Assembly (NCBI GenBank): GCA_963775425.1
Contig: CAVZJB010000014.1
Span: 96,001-160,000 of the forward strand
Length of the DNA stretch: 64,000 nucleotides
Reading direction: 5' to 3'
DNA from: an uncultured delta proteobacterium
GTDB taxonomy: Bacteria > Myxococcota > UBA727 > VGSZ01
The position numbers and the translations under genes were made by a program. Below are positions 1 to 9,407 of the stretch, one piece after another (the stretch's first letter is position 1; every line of letters begins with the position of its first letter). The notes beneath the pieces are model-generated. The model saw only the letters and a list, made by a program, of their open reading frames with translations, was not told the DNA's origin and did not search any database.

Positions 1-2
1 GC

Positions 3-167
3 GGATGTGGGATGAAGCTCGGGCGGGTCCGGACGGCGGGCGCCTCCTCCGCGGCCAAGAAGGACTGCGCGGCCTGCGAAAAGATGTGCAGCGTGGCCGC
101 CGACGCCGAGAAGAACCCCGACGCCGTGGCGTCGTGCAAGGCCGACTGCAAAAAGACCTGCCAGTGA
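3..167 (+). CDS. 3' part of small Cys-rich protein (truncated by window edge)
   Basis: Open frame ...KKDCAACEKMCSVAADAEKNPDAVASCKADCKKTCQ*, TGA at 165-167, GC3-rich codons. Confidence 0.6.
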   Translation, partial: GCGMKLGRVRTAGASSAAKKDCAACEKMCSVAADAEKNPDAVASCKADCKKTCQ

Positions 168-219
168 GCCGCGCGTGAGGCGCACCGTGAGCCGTCAGTG
201 AGCCGTCAGTGACGCGTCA
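164..219. repeat. Five degenerate ~11-bp tandem units (GTGAGCCGTCA) between convergent genes
   Basis: Units at 164, 175, 187, 198 and 209; the units at 187 and 198 are identical. Confidence 0.6.
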
Positions 220-762
220 CAGGCTCGGTTTGCATCGGCTCACGTCGTCGCACGTGGTGGCTTCGATGACGCAGCGGCTCAAGCGGTAGTCGGGCTTCTC
301 CTTGCAGGCCGCGACGCAGCGCGCCTGATCCACCGCGGCCGCCGTCTCGCTGCACGTCGCCCGGCGGGCGCAGGCGTCGGCGCACGGGGCGGCGGCGGCG
401 GCGGCGCAGTCGTCGGCGCGGGCGAAGACGGTGTCGCTCGGCACCGCGATGCGCAGCGCGCCGTCGCAGCTCGTGCGCAGGCAGTCGTCGACGCTGCGCA
501 GGCTGCAGTAGGCCTCGAGCCGGCAGGCGGGCTCGCAGGCGACGCGGTCACCGACGAACATCTCCTTGAGGCTCGGCGCCTTGTCCGGCGGCGCGTCGGG
601 GGTGTCGGTGGGGCCCGCGTCGGCGCCGAGGACGATGGGCGCGCCGTTGGCGTGGGCGTCGTCCTGGACGTACAGCACCGTCCAGATCACGGCGCCGGCG
701 AGGACGACGCCGACGACGGTGTAGCGCTTCAAGACGCTCACGAGCTCGGGATCGAGAGCCAC
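217..762 (-). CDS. Membrane-anchored Cys-rich (CxxxC repeat) protein
   Basis: N-terminal hydrophobic helix, Pro-rich linker, repeated CxxxC motifs. Confidence 0.75.
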   Translation of the reverse strand: MALDPELVSVLKRYTVVGVVLAGAVIWTVLYVQDDAHANGAPIVLGADAGPTDTPDAPPDKAPSLKEMFVGDRVACEPACRLEAYCSLRSVDDCLRTSCDGALRIAVPSDTVFARADDCAAAAAAPCADACARRATCSETAAAVDQARCVAACKEKPDYRLSRCVIEATTCDDVSRCKPSL

Positions 763-840
763 GGGAGCACCCTATGCACTTCGCTCGCGCGGGACCAGGG
801 CTTCCGTCGTGAGTCCGAAAGTGCGAGAAGCGTCCTCCGG

Positions 841-2496
841 ATGGCGGCCAAAGACGGGACCAGCGACGGCAAGCGAGGGCTGCTCGGCTGGCTGCGCAGC
901 AGCAAGCAGGCCGAGGAGACCGGGCGCGTGCCCGTGGTGCAGGTGGCGCCGCAGGACTCGGGCCCCGCGCCGGTGGCGGTCGGCAACAGCGACAGCGCCC
1001 TGCAGAAGGAGGTCTCCCTCCGCCACGTCGACAAGGGCGAGATCGCCCGCGGCGGCATGGGCAGCATCCGCAAGGTGTTCGACACCAACCTGCAGCGCAC
1101 GGTGGCCATGAAGGTGCTGTTCCCCGAGCACCGGAGCGACGCCAAGGTCAGGGTCCGCTTCGCCGAGGAGGCGCAGATCCTCGGCCAGCTCGAGCACCCG
1201 AACATCGTCCCCGTGCACGACTTCGGCGAGGACGCCGAGGGCACGCGCTACTTCACGATGTACTACGTGCGCGGCAAGACGCTCACGGACATCCTGCAGT
1301 CCGACACCGTCGCCGACGGCTCGCGCGAGGCGTACTTCAAGCTGCTCAACATCTTCCTCAGGGTCTGCGACGCCGTCGCCTTCGCCCACTCGCGTGGCGT
1401 CGTGCACAGAGACCTCAAGCCCGACAACATCATGGTGGGCGCCTTCGGCGAGGTCTACTTGATGGACTGGGGCATCGCGCGCCTGCTCGGGCGCACGTCG
1501 GGGATGCCGAGCTCCGTCGACGGCGAGATCTACGAGCCCGTGCGCGTGCGCCGCCAGGGCGGGACCGGCGGCCAGGACGACGAGACCGGCCAGATCATCG
1601 GCACCTTCTTCTACATGTCGCCGGAGCAGGCCAACGCGCAGATCGAAGCGGTCAACGAAAAGACCGACATCTTCCTCCTCGGCGGCGTGCTCTACGAGCT
1701 GTTGACGGGGCAGCCGCCCTACATGGGCAGCACCGTCGTCGACGTCGTGCGCCAGGCGCAGAAGGCCAACATCCCTGCGCCCGAGCTGATCGCGCCCGAG
1801 CGCAACATCCCGCCGCCGCTGTCGCGCATCGCGATGAAGTGCCTGCAGAAGGATCAAGCCCAGCGCTACGAGACGGTGCAGGCGCTCAAGACCGACGTCG
1901 AGAACTTCCTCAAGGGCGGCGCGTCGTTCCCCATCATCACCTTCAAGGCGGGCGAGCTGTTGATGGAGGAGGGCGCCAAGGGCGATCAGGTCTTCATCGT
2001 GAACAAGGGGCTGGTGCAGGTCTACAAGACCTTCGCCGACGGCCGCCGCCAGGGCCTGGCCACGCTCGGTCCGGGCGCCGTCGTCGGCGAGGCCGCGGTG
2101 CTGTCCGACAGCGAGCGCACCGCCAGCGTCGTCGCCGTCGAGGACACCACCGCCACGGCGGTGACCCGCGCGCAGCTCGAGAAGGAGCTCGGGCTCAACA
2201 ACTGGATGGGCCCGCTGGTGAAGGCCCTCGCCGATCGCTTCATCGGCGTCGACCAGAAGCTCGACGAGTTCCGCACGCAGGCCAACGCGCGCCGCATCGA
2301 GGCGTGGATCCTCGACTACCTCCTCACGCACGGCGTCGTGCGCGACACCGGCGCCAAGGAGGTCGTGCTCTCGGCCATGCTCAGGCAGGCCAAGTACGCC
2401 CTGAAGAAGCCCGAGCCCCAGATTCGCAACGTCGTCGAGTCGATGGAAAAGCTGAAGATCGACAAAGAGCGCGACGTCGTCGCCTTCGTCCCGTAA
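841..2496 (+). CDS. Ser/Thr protein kinase with C-terminal cyclic-nucleotide-binding domain
   Basis: ARGGMG, VAMK, HRDLKPDN, DWG, YMSPEQ, then cNMP motif GEAAVL...RTASV; ATG at 841. Confidence 0.92.
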   Translation: MAAKDGTSDGKRGLLGWLRSSKQAEETGRVPVVQVAPQDSGPAPVAVGNSDSALQKEVSLRHVDKGEIARGGMGSIRKVFDTNLQRTVAMKVLFPEHRSDAKVRVRFAEEAQILGQLEHPNIVPVHDFGEDAEGTRYFTMYYVRGKTLTDILQSDTVADGSREAYFKLLNIFLRVCDAVAFAHSRGVVHRDLKPDNIMVGAFGEVYLMDWGIARLLGRTSGMPSSVDGEIYEPVRVRRQGGTGGQDDETGQIIGTFFYMSPEQANAQIEAVNEKTDIFLLGGVLYELLTGQPPYMGSTVVDVVRQAQKANIPAPELIAPERNIPPPLSRIAMKCLQKDQAQRYETVQALKTDVENFLKGGASFPIITFKAGELLMEEGAKGDQVFIVNKGLVQVYKTFADGRRQGLATLGPGAVVGEAAVLSDSERTASVVAVEDTTATAVTRAQLEKELGLNNWMGPLVKALADRFIGVDQKLDEFRTQANARRIEAWILDYLLTHGVVRDTGAKEVVLSAMLRQAKYALKKPEPQIRNVVESMEKLKIDKERDVVAFVP

Positions 2497-2501
2497 TTGC
2501 A

Positions 2502-2594
2502 CGCGGCCGCTCCCTCCGGTCGCAACTGTTCGCGGCCGCTCCCTCCGCGTCGCAACTGTTCGCGCGCCTGTCGGCGCGCTCACTTGCGCGCGGC
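2502..2594. repeat. REP-like intergenic tandem repeat (~30-bp units)
   Basis: CGCGGCCGCTCCCTCCG(C)GTCGCAACTGTT at 2502-2530 and 2531-2560, followed by a GC hairpin. Confidence 0.7.
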
Positions 2595-2607
2595 GCCGAG
2601 AGGCGGG

Positions 2608-5600
2608 TCAGGGGGCGAGGGGCGCGGTGAGGTCGGGGTCGCAGGCGTAGCTGGCGTCGAACGCCGCCTGGTCGTACGGGTCCACGAGCGGGGAGCCCGC
2701 GGCGATGGTGACGGCGACGTCGTCGACGGTGATGTCGCCCTGGATGGAGTTCTGCCCGCCGGCGCCGGCGACGTCGAAGGCCCCGTTGAACGCGTCGAGC
2801 GCCGCGCTGCCGACGGTGACGTGGAAGGTCTTGGCGCCCTGCACGATGACCATGTCCACGCCCGTGGCCGTGAGCCCCGTGAACCCCGCCACCGGCGTCG
2901 GCCGCGAGAACACGTCGGTGACCTGGCCGCCTGTGTTGGTGGCGGCGGCGGCGCTGTCGGCCTCGCTGCGGCCCGTCTTGGGCGACACGACGCCGTCGAC
3001 GTCGCCGGTGAGCGTGGCCTGCACCGCGATCGAGCCGTCGGCGCCGCTTTGGTCGAAGAAGCTGAAGCCGTCGAAGTGGACGCCGCCGAGATCCAGCGTG
3101 CCGGCGCCCGGGTCGAGGGGCAAGACGGGGTTGGCGACGTCGCCGGTCAGGAAGCCCGCGACGTCGAACGTGGCCGCCGTCGACGTGAAGTCCCCGCTCA
3201 CGTGCGTCACCGTGTCGGGGTTGGTGTCGCCGTCGACGTCGCAGCTCTGGGCGACGGCGGTGTCGGCGGCGAACGTGTTGGCGCAGTCGGCCGTGGCCGA
3301 CAACGTCACCGAGCCCGCGCCGGGCGGAATGCCGTCGACGGTGGCGCCGCCCACGACGGCGGCGGCGGAGAAGCCGCAGGTGTCGTTGGCCTCGAGCAGG
3401 CTCGCTGAGATGCCCGCGGCCTTGACCAGCAGGCGCGCGGCGGCGTTTCCGAGGACCGTCCGGAAGGAGCAGCCGGCGTCGTCGGTGAGCACCGGGTCGC
3501 CGTTTCCGGCGCACTGGAAGGTGGAGTTGAAGGTGTCGTGGTCGTAGCCCGGGTCGAGCGGGCCGCCGACGGTGACGGCGGCGCCGTCGACGTCGACGGT
3601 GCCGCTGAGCGTGTTCTCGTCGGCGCCGACCTGGCCGTTGATCGCGGAGAAGGTGTCGCCGCTCGCGGCGAGGTCGAGGTTGAAGCGGCTGCCGTCGGAG
3701 ATCAGCGTGACGTCGCCGGACGACCAGGCGAGGTCCGTGAACGCCGCGTGGGGCGTGACGACGGAGCAGGCGCCGCTCGCGGGATCGAGCGCCACCACCG
3801 GACGCACGGTGCCCGCGAGGGTGCCGCTGTGCACGTCGAGGGCGGCGGGGCCGGCGGGGGACGTGGTCACCTGGAAGTGCTCGAGGTCGACGCTGAGATC
3901 GAACACCGCGGGCTGCGTGGACGTGGGCACGACGGGCTCGAGGGGGTCGCCCGTGCGAAAGCCCGTGACGGCCTTGGTGCCGCGAACGGTGATGGTGCCC
4001 GCCACCGACGTCGTGCGGCCGAGGCAGTCGGTGGAGACCACGATGGCCTGAGGGATGTCGAGCACGCAGCCGTCCGCGGGCAGGGTGAACGTGGCGGTGA
4101 CACCGTCGTCACCGACCTCTCCGCCGGCGAACGCGGGGGTGCCGGCGACGGCGGCGCTCGTGAAGCCGCACGTGGTGTCCGCGTCGACGAGGCCGGCGAC
4201 GGTCCCCAGGGCCTGGACGCTCAACGCGGCGGCGCCGACGGCGAGCGGCGCGACGAACTTGCATTGCGCGCCGCCGGCGTCGAAGGGGTCGGTGGTGTCG
4301 GCGATGTCGGGATTGCACTGCCAGGTGGCGTCGAAGGCGGCCTGGTCGAAGGCGGGGTCGAGGCCGGCGTTGTCGGACGGCACCGACAGGACGTTGCCGG
4401 CGACGGTCACGGTGCCGCTCAGGTTGTTGGTGCTCGCGTCGAAGTTGCCGTTCACGGCGTTCAGGGAGGCGCTCGAGACGACGAGGCCGAAGCTCCCCGA
4501 CGCCGACGACACCTGCAGGTCGGCGTCGCTCCAGGTGACCGTGGAGAAGTGCGCGTCGGGCGTGAGCACCGAGCACGATCCCGCGCCGGCGCTGTCTGCG
4601 GTGGAGCGCGCGGTGCGCGGCGTGACGCTGCCGGTGAGCGTACCGCTCCTCGCGAGGAGCGCGTTTTCGTTCGCCGTGCTCGCGACCTTGAAGCCGTCCA
4701 CGGTGATCGCCGAGAACACGAAGGTCGCCGGCTGGTCGTCGTCGGGGACCACGGGTGTGTCGGCGTTGCCCGTGAGGCGGCCGGAGACGGTCTTGGTGGC
4801 GGTGACGGTCACCGAGCCCGACACCAACGCGTGGTTGCCGGTGCAGTCGTCGGCGCCGGCGGTGTCGTCGGGGAAGGTGAGCGTGCAGGCGGTGACGGTG
4901 GTGGTGATGGCGCCGCTGTCGCCGGCGTCGCCGTCGACGACGGCGGTGCCCTGCGCCGCCGCCGACGAGAAGCCGCAGTCGGTGTCGGCGTCGGCGAGGC
5001 CGGCGATGGTGCCGAGCATCTGGATGCTCAGGCGGGCGGCGCCGTCGGCCACCTGCTGCGTGACGTCGCCGCAGTCGAAGCTCTCGGGCGACGCGAAGTC
5101 GTCGGTACAGGCGTAGCTCGCCGTGAACCTGGCGGCGTCGTAGTCGGGGTCGAGCGCGCCGTCGCCGGTGGCGTCGACGGAGCTGCCGAAGACCGTGATG
5201 GTGCCGGAGATGGTGTTTTCGCCGCCGGCGCCGACGCCGTTTTGCGCTTCGAGGCTGCTGGCGTCCACGTCGGCGTCGAACTGGTTGTCGGGCGTGTCGA
5301 CGAAGACCTTGGAGCCCGAGGCGTAGATGACGTCGCTGAAGGACGTGTTGGCCGTGGGGATCGCGCAGGCGCCGTTCGACGCCGCCACCGCCAGCCGCGG
5401 GCTCACGGCTGCGCTGATGGAGCCGCTCACCATGGTGAGCTTGTCCGTGCTGGTGGACTTGGAGACCTTGAAGTTGTCGAACTTTGCCGACGTGATGGTG
5501 ATGACGAGGCTGTCGGCGCTGGCGGGGACGATGGGGTTTTGCGGATCGCCCGTGACGACGCCCGAGACCGTGCGCGTGGCGGAGAGGGTGACCTTGCCCG

Positions 5601-5943
5601 ACGCGGTGGTCTTGTCGCCGTTGCAGTCGGTGCTCACGTCCGTGCTCTTGCCGGCGTCGATGGCGCAGTCCGTCACCGTGAGCGTCAAGGTGCCGAGCGC
5701 GCCCGGGCTCCCCTGGATGGTGGCGGCCTGCTGGACCGCGTCGCTGGCGAAGCCGCAGGTGGTGTCGTCGTTGACGAGCGTGGCCATGGCGCCGACGTTG
5801 CGGATGGTGAGCCGCGCGACGCCCTCGCCCACCTGCTGCCCGGCGCACTGGGGACATCCGGCGGCGGCCGCGACGAGGGCGGTGGCGGCGGCGAAGCGCG
5901 CGACGGAACGACGAATCGGCGACGGGAGGGCGGGGGTGCGCAT
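2608..5943 (-). CDS. Large lipoprotein with four ~265-aa internal repeats
   Basis: MRTPALP... signal peptide with lipobox AAGC; repeats begin GxARL...D.xCGF[AST]S; start reassigned to ATG 5943. Confidence 0.85.
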   Translation of the reverse strand: MRTPALPSPIRRSVARFAAATALVAAAAGCPQCAGQQVGEGVARLTIRNVGAMATLVNDDTTCGFASDAVQQAATIQGSPGALGTLTLTVTDCAIDAGKSTDVSTDCNGDKTTASGKVTLSATRTVSGVVTGDPQNPIVPASADSLVITITSAKFDNFKVSKSTSTDKLTMVSGSISAAVSPRLAVAASNGACAIPTANTSFSDVIYASGSKVFVDTPDNQFDADVDASSLEAQNGVGAGGENTISGTITVFGSSVDATGDGALDPDYDAARFTASYACTDDFASPESFDCGDVTQQVADGAARLSIQMLGTIAGLADADTDCGFSSAAAQGTAVVDGDAGDSGAITTTVTACTLTFPDDTAGADDCTGNHALVSGSVTVTATKTVSGRLTGNADTPVVPDDDQPATFVFSAITVDGFKVASTANENALLARSGTLTGSVTPRTARSTADSAGAGSCSVLTPDAHFSTVTWSDADLQVSSASGSFGLVVSSASLNAVNGNFDASTNNLSGTVTVAGNVLSVPSDNAGLDPAFDQAAFDATWQCNPDIADTTDPFDAGGAQCKFVAPLAVGAAALSVQALGTVAGLVDADTTCGFTSAAVAGTPAFAGGEVGDDGVTATFTLPADGCVLDIPQAIVVSTDCLGRTTSVAGTITVRGTKAVTGFRTGDPLEPVVPTSTQPAVFDLSVDLEHFQVTTSPAGPAALDVHSGTLAGTVRPVVALDPASGACSVVTPHAAFTDLAWSSGDVTLISDGSRFNLDLAASGDTFSAINGQVGADENTLSGTVDVDGAAVTVGGPLDPGYDHDTFNSTFQCAGNGDPVLTDDAGCSFRTVLGNAAARLLVKAAGISASLLEANDTCGFSAAAVVGGATVDGIPPGAGSVTLSATADCANTFAADTAVAQSCDVDGDTNPDTVTHVSGDFTSTAATFDVAGFLTGDVANPVLPLDPGAGTLDLGGVHFDGFSFFDQSGADGSIAVQATLTGDVDGVVSPKTGRSEADSAAAATNTGGQVTDVFSRPTPVAGFTGLTATGVDMVIVQGAKTFHVTVGSAALDAFNGAFDVAGAGGQNSIQGDITVDDVAVTIAAGSPLVDPYDQAAFDASYACDPDLTAPLAP

Positions 5944-5999
5944 GGGCGGCGATGTACCACGGGGCCCCGAGGACCGCAGCGCGGTCTCGCGCACATTCT

Positions 6000-6629
6000 T
6001 CAGCGCAGCACGCGCGCACGCTCGATGCGGTCGAGCCGGAATTGGCGGCGCTCGCCCTTGTCGAGATCTTGCGCATTGATGAGCGTCAACGATCGCTCCA
6101 TCACCACGCTCTCGACGACGATGGTGCGCTCGCTGGTCCCGCTGAAGCCGTGGTAGCGGATGTGCAGCGGCCGGTGCTCGAACCATGCGCGCTCGAGCGC
6201 GCGCCGGACGGGCGGCGGCGCGGGCACGGCGGGGATGCCGGTGAAGTGGAGCTGCCTCATGTGATCGAGCAGGTCCCGTTGCGCCGACGCCGACAGTGCG
6301 CTGCGCACCTTGTCGAGCGCGGTGCCGAGGGTGTCGGTGAACGGCACGAGCCGCGTCTCGGCCGCGTGCTCCCCGAGGCGCACCAGGAGCGCCGCCTCCC
6401 GCGCGGACAGCGCCACCGGCGGCAGCGCGTAGGACTTGTCGAGGGCGTAGCCGCCGCCGCGGCCGCGGTCGGCGCGCACGGGCAGCGACGCGTCGCGCAG
6501 CGTGTCGAGGTCCCGGTAGATGGTGCGGAGGCTGACGCCGTAGCGCTCGGCGAGCACCTCGGCGGTGACGCCCGTGCGGCGGCCGCGCAAGTGCTCCGCG
6601 AGCGCAAACAGCCGCGCCTGCCGGTTCAT
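6000..6629 (-). CDS. YafY-family HTH-WYL transcriptional regulator
   Basis: HTH_11 motif LAERYGVSLRTIYRDL...GGGY; WYL C-terminus RQFRLDRI. Confidence 0.9.
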   Translation of the reverse strand: MNRQARLFALAEHLRGRRTGVTAEVLAERYGVSLRTIYRDLDTLRDASLPVRADRGRGGGYALDKSYALPPVALSAREAALLVRLGEHAAETRLVPFTDTLGTALDKVRSALSASAQRDLLDHMRQLHFTGIPAVPAPPPVRRALERAWFEHRPLHIRYHGFSGTSERTIVVESVVMERSLTLINAQDLDKGERRQFRLDRIERARVLR

Positions 6630-6648
6630 GGCCGGCAGCAAACAAAAC

Positions 6649-6664
6649 TGACATACACCTGTCA
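6649..6664. promoter_or_regulatory. Palindromic operator TGACA-N6-TGTCA (probable WYL-regulator site)
   Basis: Perfect inverted pentamers in the AT-richer 71-bp divergent intergenic region. Confidence 0.7.
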
Positions 6665-6700
6665 ATCGCCTCCGCTACTCATAGTCGCAGGAGGTCAGTC

Positions 6701-7072
6701 ATGAAGAACGCATTGAGCTGGTTCGAGATCCCGGTGACCGACATGAAGCGCGCGGTCACCTTCTACGAGTCCGTCCTGGGCGCCAAGCTGAAGCAGGAGG
6801 TCTTCGGCGGCATCGACAACGCCCTGCTCCCGTACGAGCCGGGCGCGGGCGTCGGCGGCGCGCTGGTGAAGGACGACAAGCACAAGCCGAGCACCACCGG
6901 CGCCCTGATCTATCTGCCGGCGAAGGACGGCGTGGAGGCGGGCGCGGCGCGCGCGGAGGAGGCCGGCGGCCGCGTGCTCGCGAACAAGATCGACATCGGC
7001 GAGCACGGCTTCGTCGCGCTGGTGGTCGACACCGAGGGCAACCGCATCGGCCTGCACGCGCCTCGCGCTTGA
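6701..7072 (+). CDS. VOC/glyoxalase-bleomycin resistance family protein
   Basis: WFEIPV.D..RA..FY and DTEGNRIGLH motifs; RBS GGAGG upstream. Confidence 0.92.
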   Translation: MKNALSWFEIPVTDMKRAVTFYESVLGAKLKQEVFGGIDNALLPYEPGAGVGGALVKDDKHKPSTTGALIYLPAKDGVEAGAARAEEAGGRVLANKIDIGEHGFVALVVDTEGNRIGLHAPRA

Positions 7073-7080
7073 GGGAGGCC

Positions 7081-7115
7081 ACGGAGCGCGCCCTCGTCCC
7101 GGGGGCGCGCTCCGT
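7081..7115. terminator. Stem-loop after the VOC gene
   Basis: ACGGAGCGCGCCC...GGGCGCGCTCCGT 13-bp inverted repeat between convergent genes. Confidence 0.65.
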
Positions 7116-7173
7116 AAACATCTACGTCAGCGCGCCCTCGTCGACGACGAGCGTCGTCGCGCGGTGAGCGCCG

Positions 7174-8286
7174 TCAGTCCGCTCGGCTCGAAAAGATCGC
7201 GGCGAGCTCCTGGGGCGGCGTCACCTCGAGCTGATCGTAGCGGCAGTCCTCGGGCTTCTTGTCCGGGCGCCAACGCAGGAAGTGCGTGGCGTGGCGGAAG
7301 CGATCGCCTTGCAGGTGGTCGTACTTCACCTCGCACACGCGCTCGAGCCGCACGAGCTCGAAGCCGAGGCTCTTGCCCGGGTTCCAGCGGCTGGTGACGC
7401 CCGGGGCGCGCCTGGCCGTCCCGTCGTCGGGGGCGCGCGACCAGCGGGCCCACGGGTGGCTCTCCTTCGCGCCCTCGCGCAGGGGCGTCAGGAGCGCCGC
7501 GAGCTCCTTGCGCTTGTCCCTGGTGAACGCGGAGGTCACGCCGGCGTGGTGCAGGACGCCGTCGTCGTCGTACAGGCCGAGGAGCAGCGAGCCCACGAGC
7601 TCGCCCGCGCCGCCCTTGAACCAGCGAAAGCCGGCGACGACGCAGTCCGCGCTGCGCACGTGCTTGGTCTTCACCATCACGCGCTTGCCTTCGACGTAGG
7701 GCCCGTCGAGGCGCTTGGACACCACGCCGTCGAGGCCGGCGCCCTCGAAGCGCGAGAACCAATCGCGCGCCGTCTCGATGTCCCGCGACGACGGCGCCAC
7801 GTACACAGGCGGCGCCGCGTGCCCGAGCGCCCGCTCGAGCTTCTCCCGGCGCTCGACCAACGGGCGGCCGCGCAGATCGTCGTCGTCGAGCGCGAGCAGG
7901 TCCCAGCTCACGTACGACGCCGGCGTCTCCTCCGACAACAGCGCGACGCGCGACGCCGCGGGGTGGATGCGCAGCAGCAGCGCCTCGAAGTCGAGCGCGC
8001 CGCCGCGGGCGATGACGATCTCCCCGTCGAGCACGCAGCGGGCCGGCACCTGCGGCCGGAGGGTGCCGCCGTCGAGCCGGCCGCGGAGCGCCGCGACCAC
8101 CTCGGGGAAGTAGCGCGCGAGCGGCTTCTTGTCCCGGCTCCACAATTCGACGTCGTCACCGTCCTTGAAGACGAGCGCGCGAAAGCCGTCCCACTTGGGC
8201 TCGTACAGCCAGCCGTCGCCCTCGGGCAGGGCGTCGGACAGCTTGGCCAGCATGGGCTCGAGGGGCGGCGCGAACGGCAGCGTCAC
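7174..8286 (-). CDS. ligC: ATP-dependent DNA ligase, LigC type
   Basis: PMLA, EPKWDGFR adenylation motif, LDGEIV, RFRH...RWRPDK. Confidence 0.9.
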   Translation of the reverse strand: MTLPFAPPLEPMLAKLSDALPEGDGWLYEPKWDGFRALVFKDGDDVELWSRDKKPLARYFPEVVAALRGRLDGGTLRPQVPARCVLDGEIVIARGGALDFEALLLRIHPAASRVALLSEETPASYVSWDLLALDDDDLRGRPLVERREKLERALGHAAPPVYVAPSSRDIETARDWFSRFEGAGLDGVVSKRLDGPYVEGKRVMVKTKHVRSADCVVAGFRWFKGGAGELVGSLLLGLYDDDGVLHHAGVTSAFTRDKRKELAALLTPLREGAKESHPWARWSRAPDDGTARRAPGVTSRWNPGKSLGFELVRLERVCEVKYDHLQGDRFRHATHFLRWRPDKKPEDCRYDQLEVTPPQELAAIFSSRAD

Positions 8287-9290
8287 GCGCGCCTCCCCGC
8301 CTGCGCGCGACCCGCGCGGAAGGCGTCGGGGCTCTCGCCGGTCCAGCGGCGGAAGGCGCGGTGGAAGGTGCTCGGCTCGCTGTAGCCGAGGAGGAACGCC
8401 ACCTCGTAGACGGCGAGGGCGTCATCGTCGAGGAGCTCGAGCGCCATCTCGCGGCGCGTGTCGTCGAGGACGGCGGCGTAGCGGGTGCCGCCGCCCTCGA
8501 GGCGGCGGCCGAGGGTGCGGGTGCTCATGCCGAGGGCGCGCGCCACCGCGGGCTTGTCGGCCTCGCCGCGCGGCAGCCGGCGGCGCAGCTCGGCGCGCAG
8601 CGCGGCGACGACGTCGGGGTCGGCGGCGCGCGGGCTCAAGCGTGCGTCGAGCAGCCGCAACAGCGGCGAGCGCAAAGCGGGCTCGGCGCCGCGCACGGGC
8701 AACGCCAGCGTCGCCGCGTCGAGGACGAGCGCGTTGCGCGCGGCGCCAAAGCGCGGCGCGACGCCGAAGAAGGCGGCGTGCTCGGCGGGGTCGCCGGCGG
8801 GCTCGTGCGCGAAGCTCACCGCGCGCGGGGCCCACGGGACGCCCGCGAGGCGGCGGCCGAGCGCGACCCACAGGCCCACGGCGGCCTCGACGGGGTGGCC
8901 GAGCGCGGCCAGGGAGCGGTCGGCCTCGAGGCTCAGCGTGACGGGGTCGGGGCGCCGCCAGCGCACGCCGTCGGTGAGGCACGCCTGGTAGCGCAGGAAC
9001 GTCGACAGCGCCTGCGCGAGCGTCTGGCAGCTCGACAGCGCGTAGCCGAGCGCGCCGAGCGCCCCGGGCTGGAGGCGCCGCAGCATCTCGAGGGCGACGT
9101 TGGTGTGCGGCCGGGCCGTCACGATGGCGGCGCCGACGGCGACGTGGGCCGACAGCGGCAGGGACGCGTCGCGGTCGAGCAGGGGGGCCTCGTCGAGGCC
9201 GGCGGCGGCGAGCAGCGCGCCGCGCTCGAGCCCGAGGGCGGCCCCGGTCTGCAACAGGCTCTCGACGACGCCGCTGAGCACGAAGGCCAT
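8283..9290 (-). CDS. AraC-family transcriptional regulator
   Basis: C-terminal LGMSTRTLGRRL...VAFLLGYSEPSTFHRAFRRWTG; start MAFVLSG at 9290. Confidence 0.9.
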   Translation of the reverse strand: MAFVLSGVVESLLQTGAALGLERGALLAAAGLDEAPLLDRDASLPLSAHVAVGAAIVTARPHTNVALEMLRRLQPGALGALGYALSSCQTLAQALSTFLRYQACLTDGVRWRRPDPVTLSLEADRSLAALGHPVEAAVGLWVALGRRLAGVPWAPRAVSFAHEPAGDPAEHAAFFGVAPRFGAARNALVLDAATLALPVRGAEPALRSPLLRLLDARLSPRAADPDVVAALRAELRRRLPRGEADKPAVARALGMSTRTLGRRLEGGGTRYAAVLDDTRREMALELLDDDALAVYEVAFLLGYSEPSTFHRAFRRWTGESPDAFRAGRAQAGRRA

Positions 9291-9407
9291 CGGCGGCGAC
9301 CTTACAGCGGCGGGGTCGGCGGTTGACCCGATTTCCCACGACGATGGCCGGCGCGGCCACTGAGCGGCCGGCGCCGTGGCCGTACGGTCCGTCTCGAGGA
9401 GGCTCGA

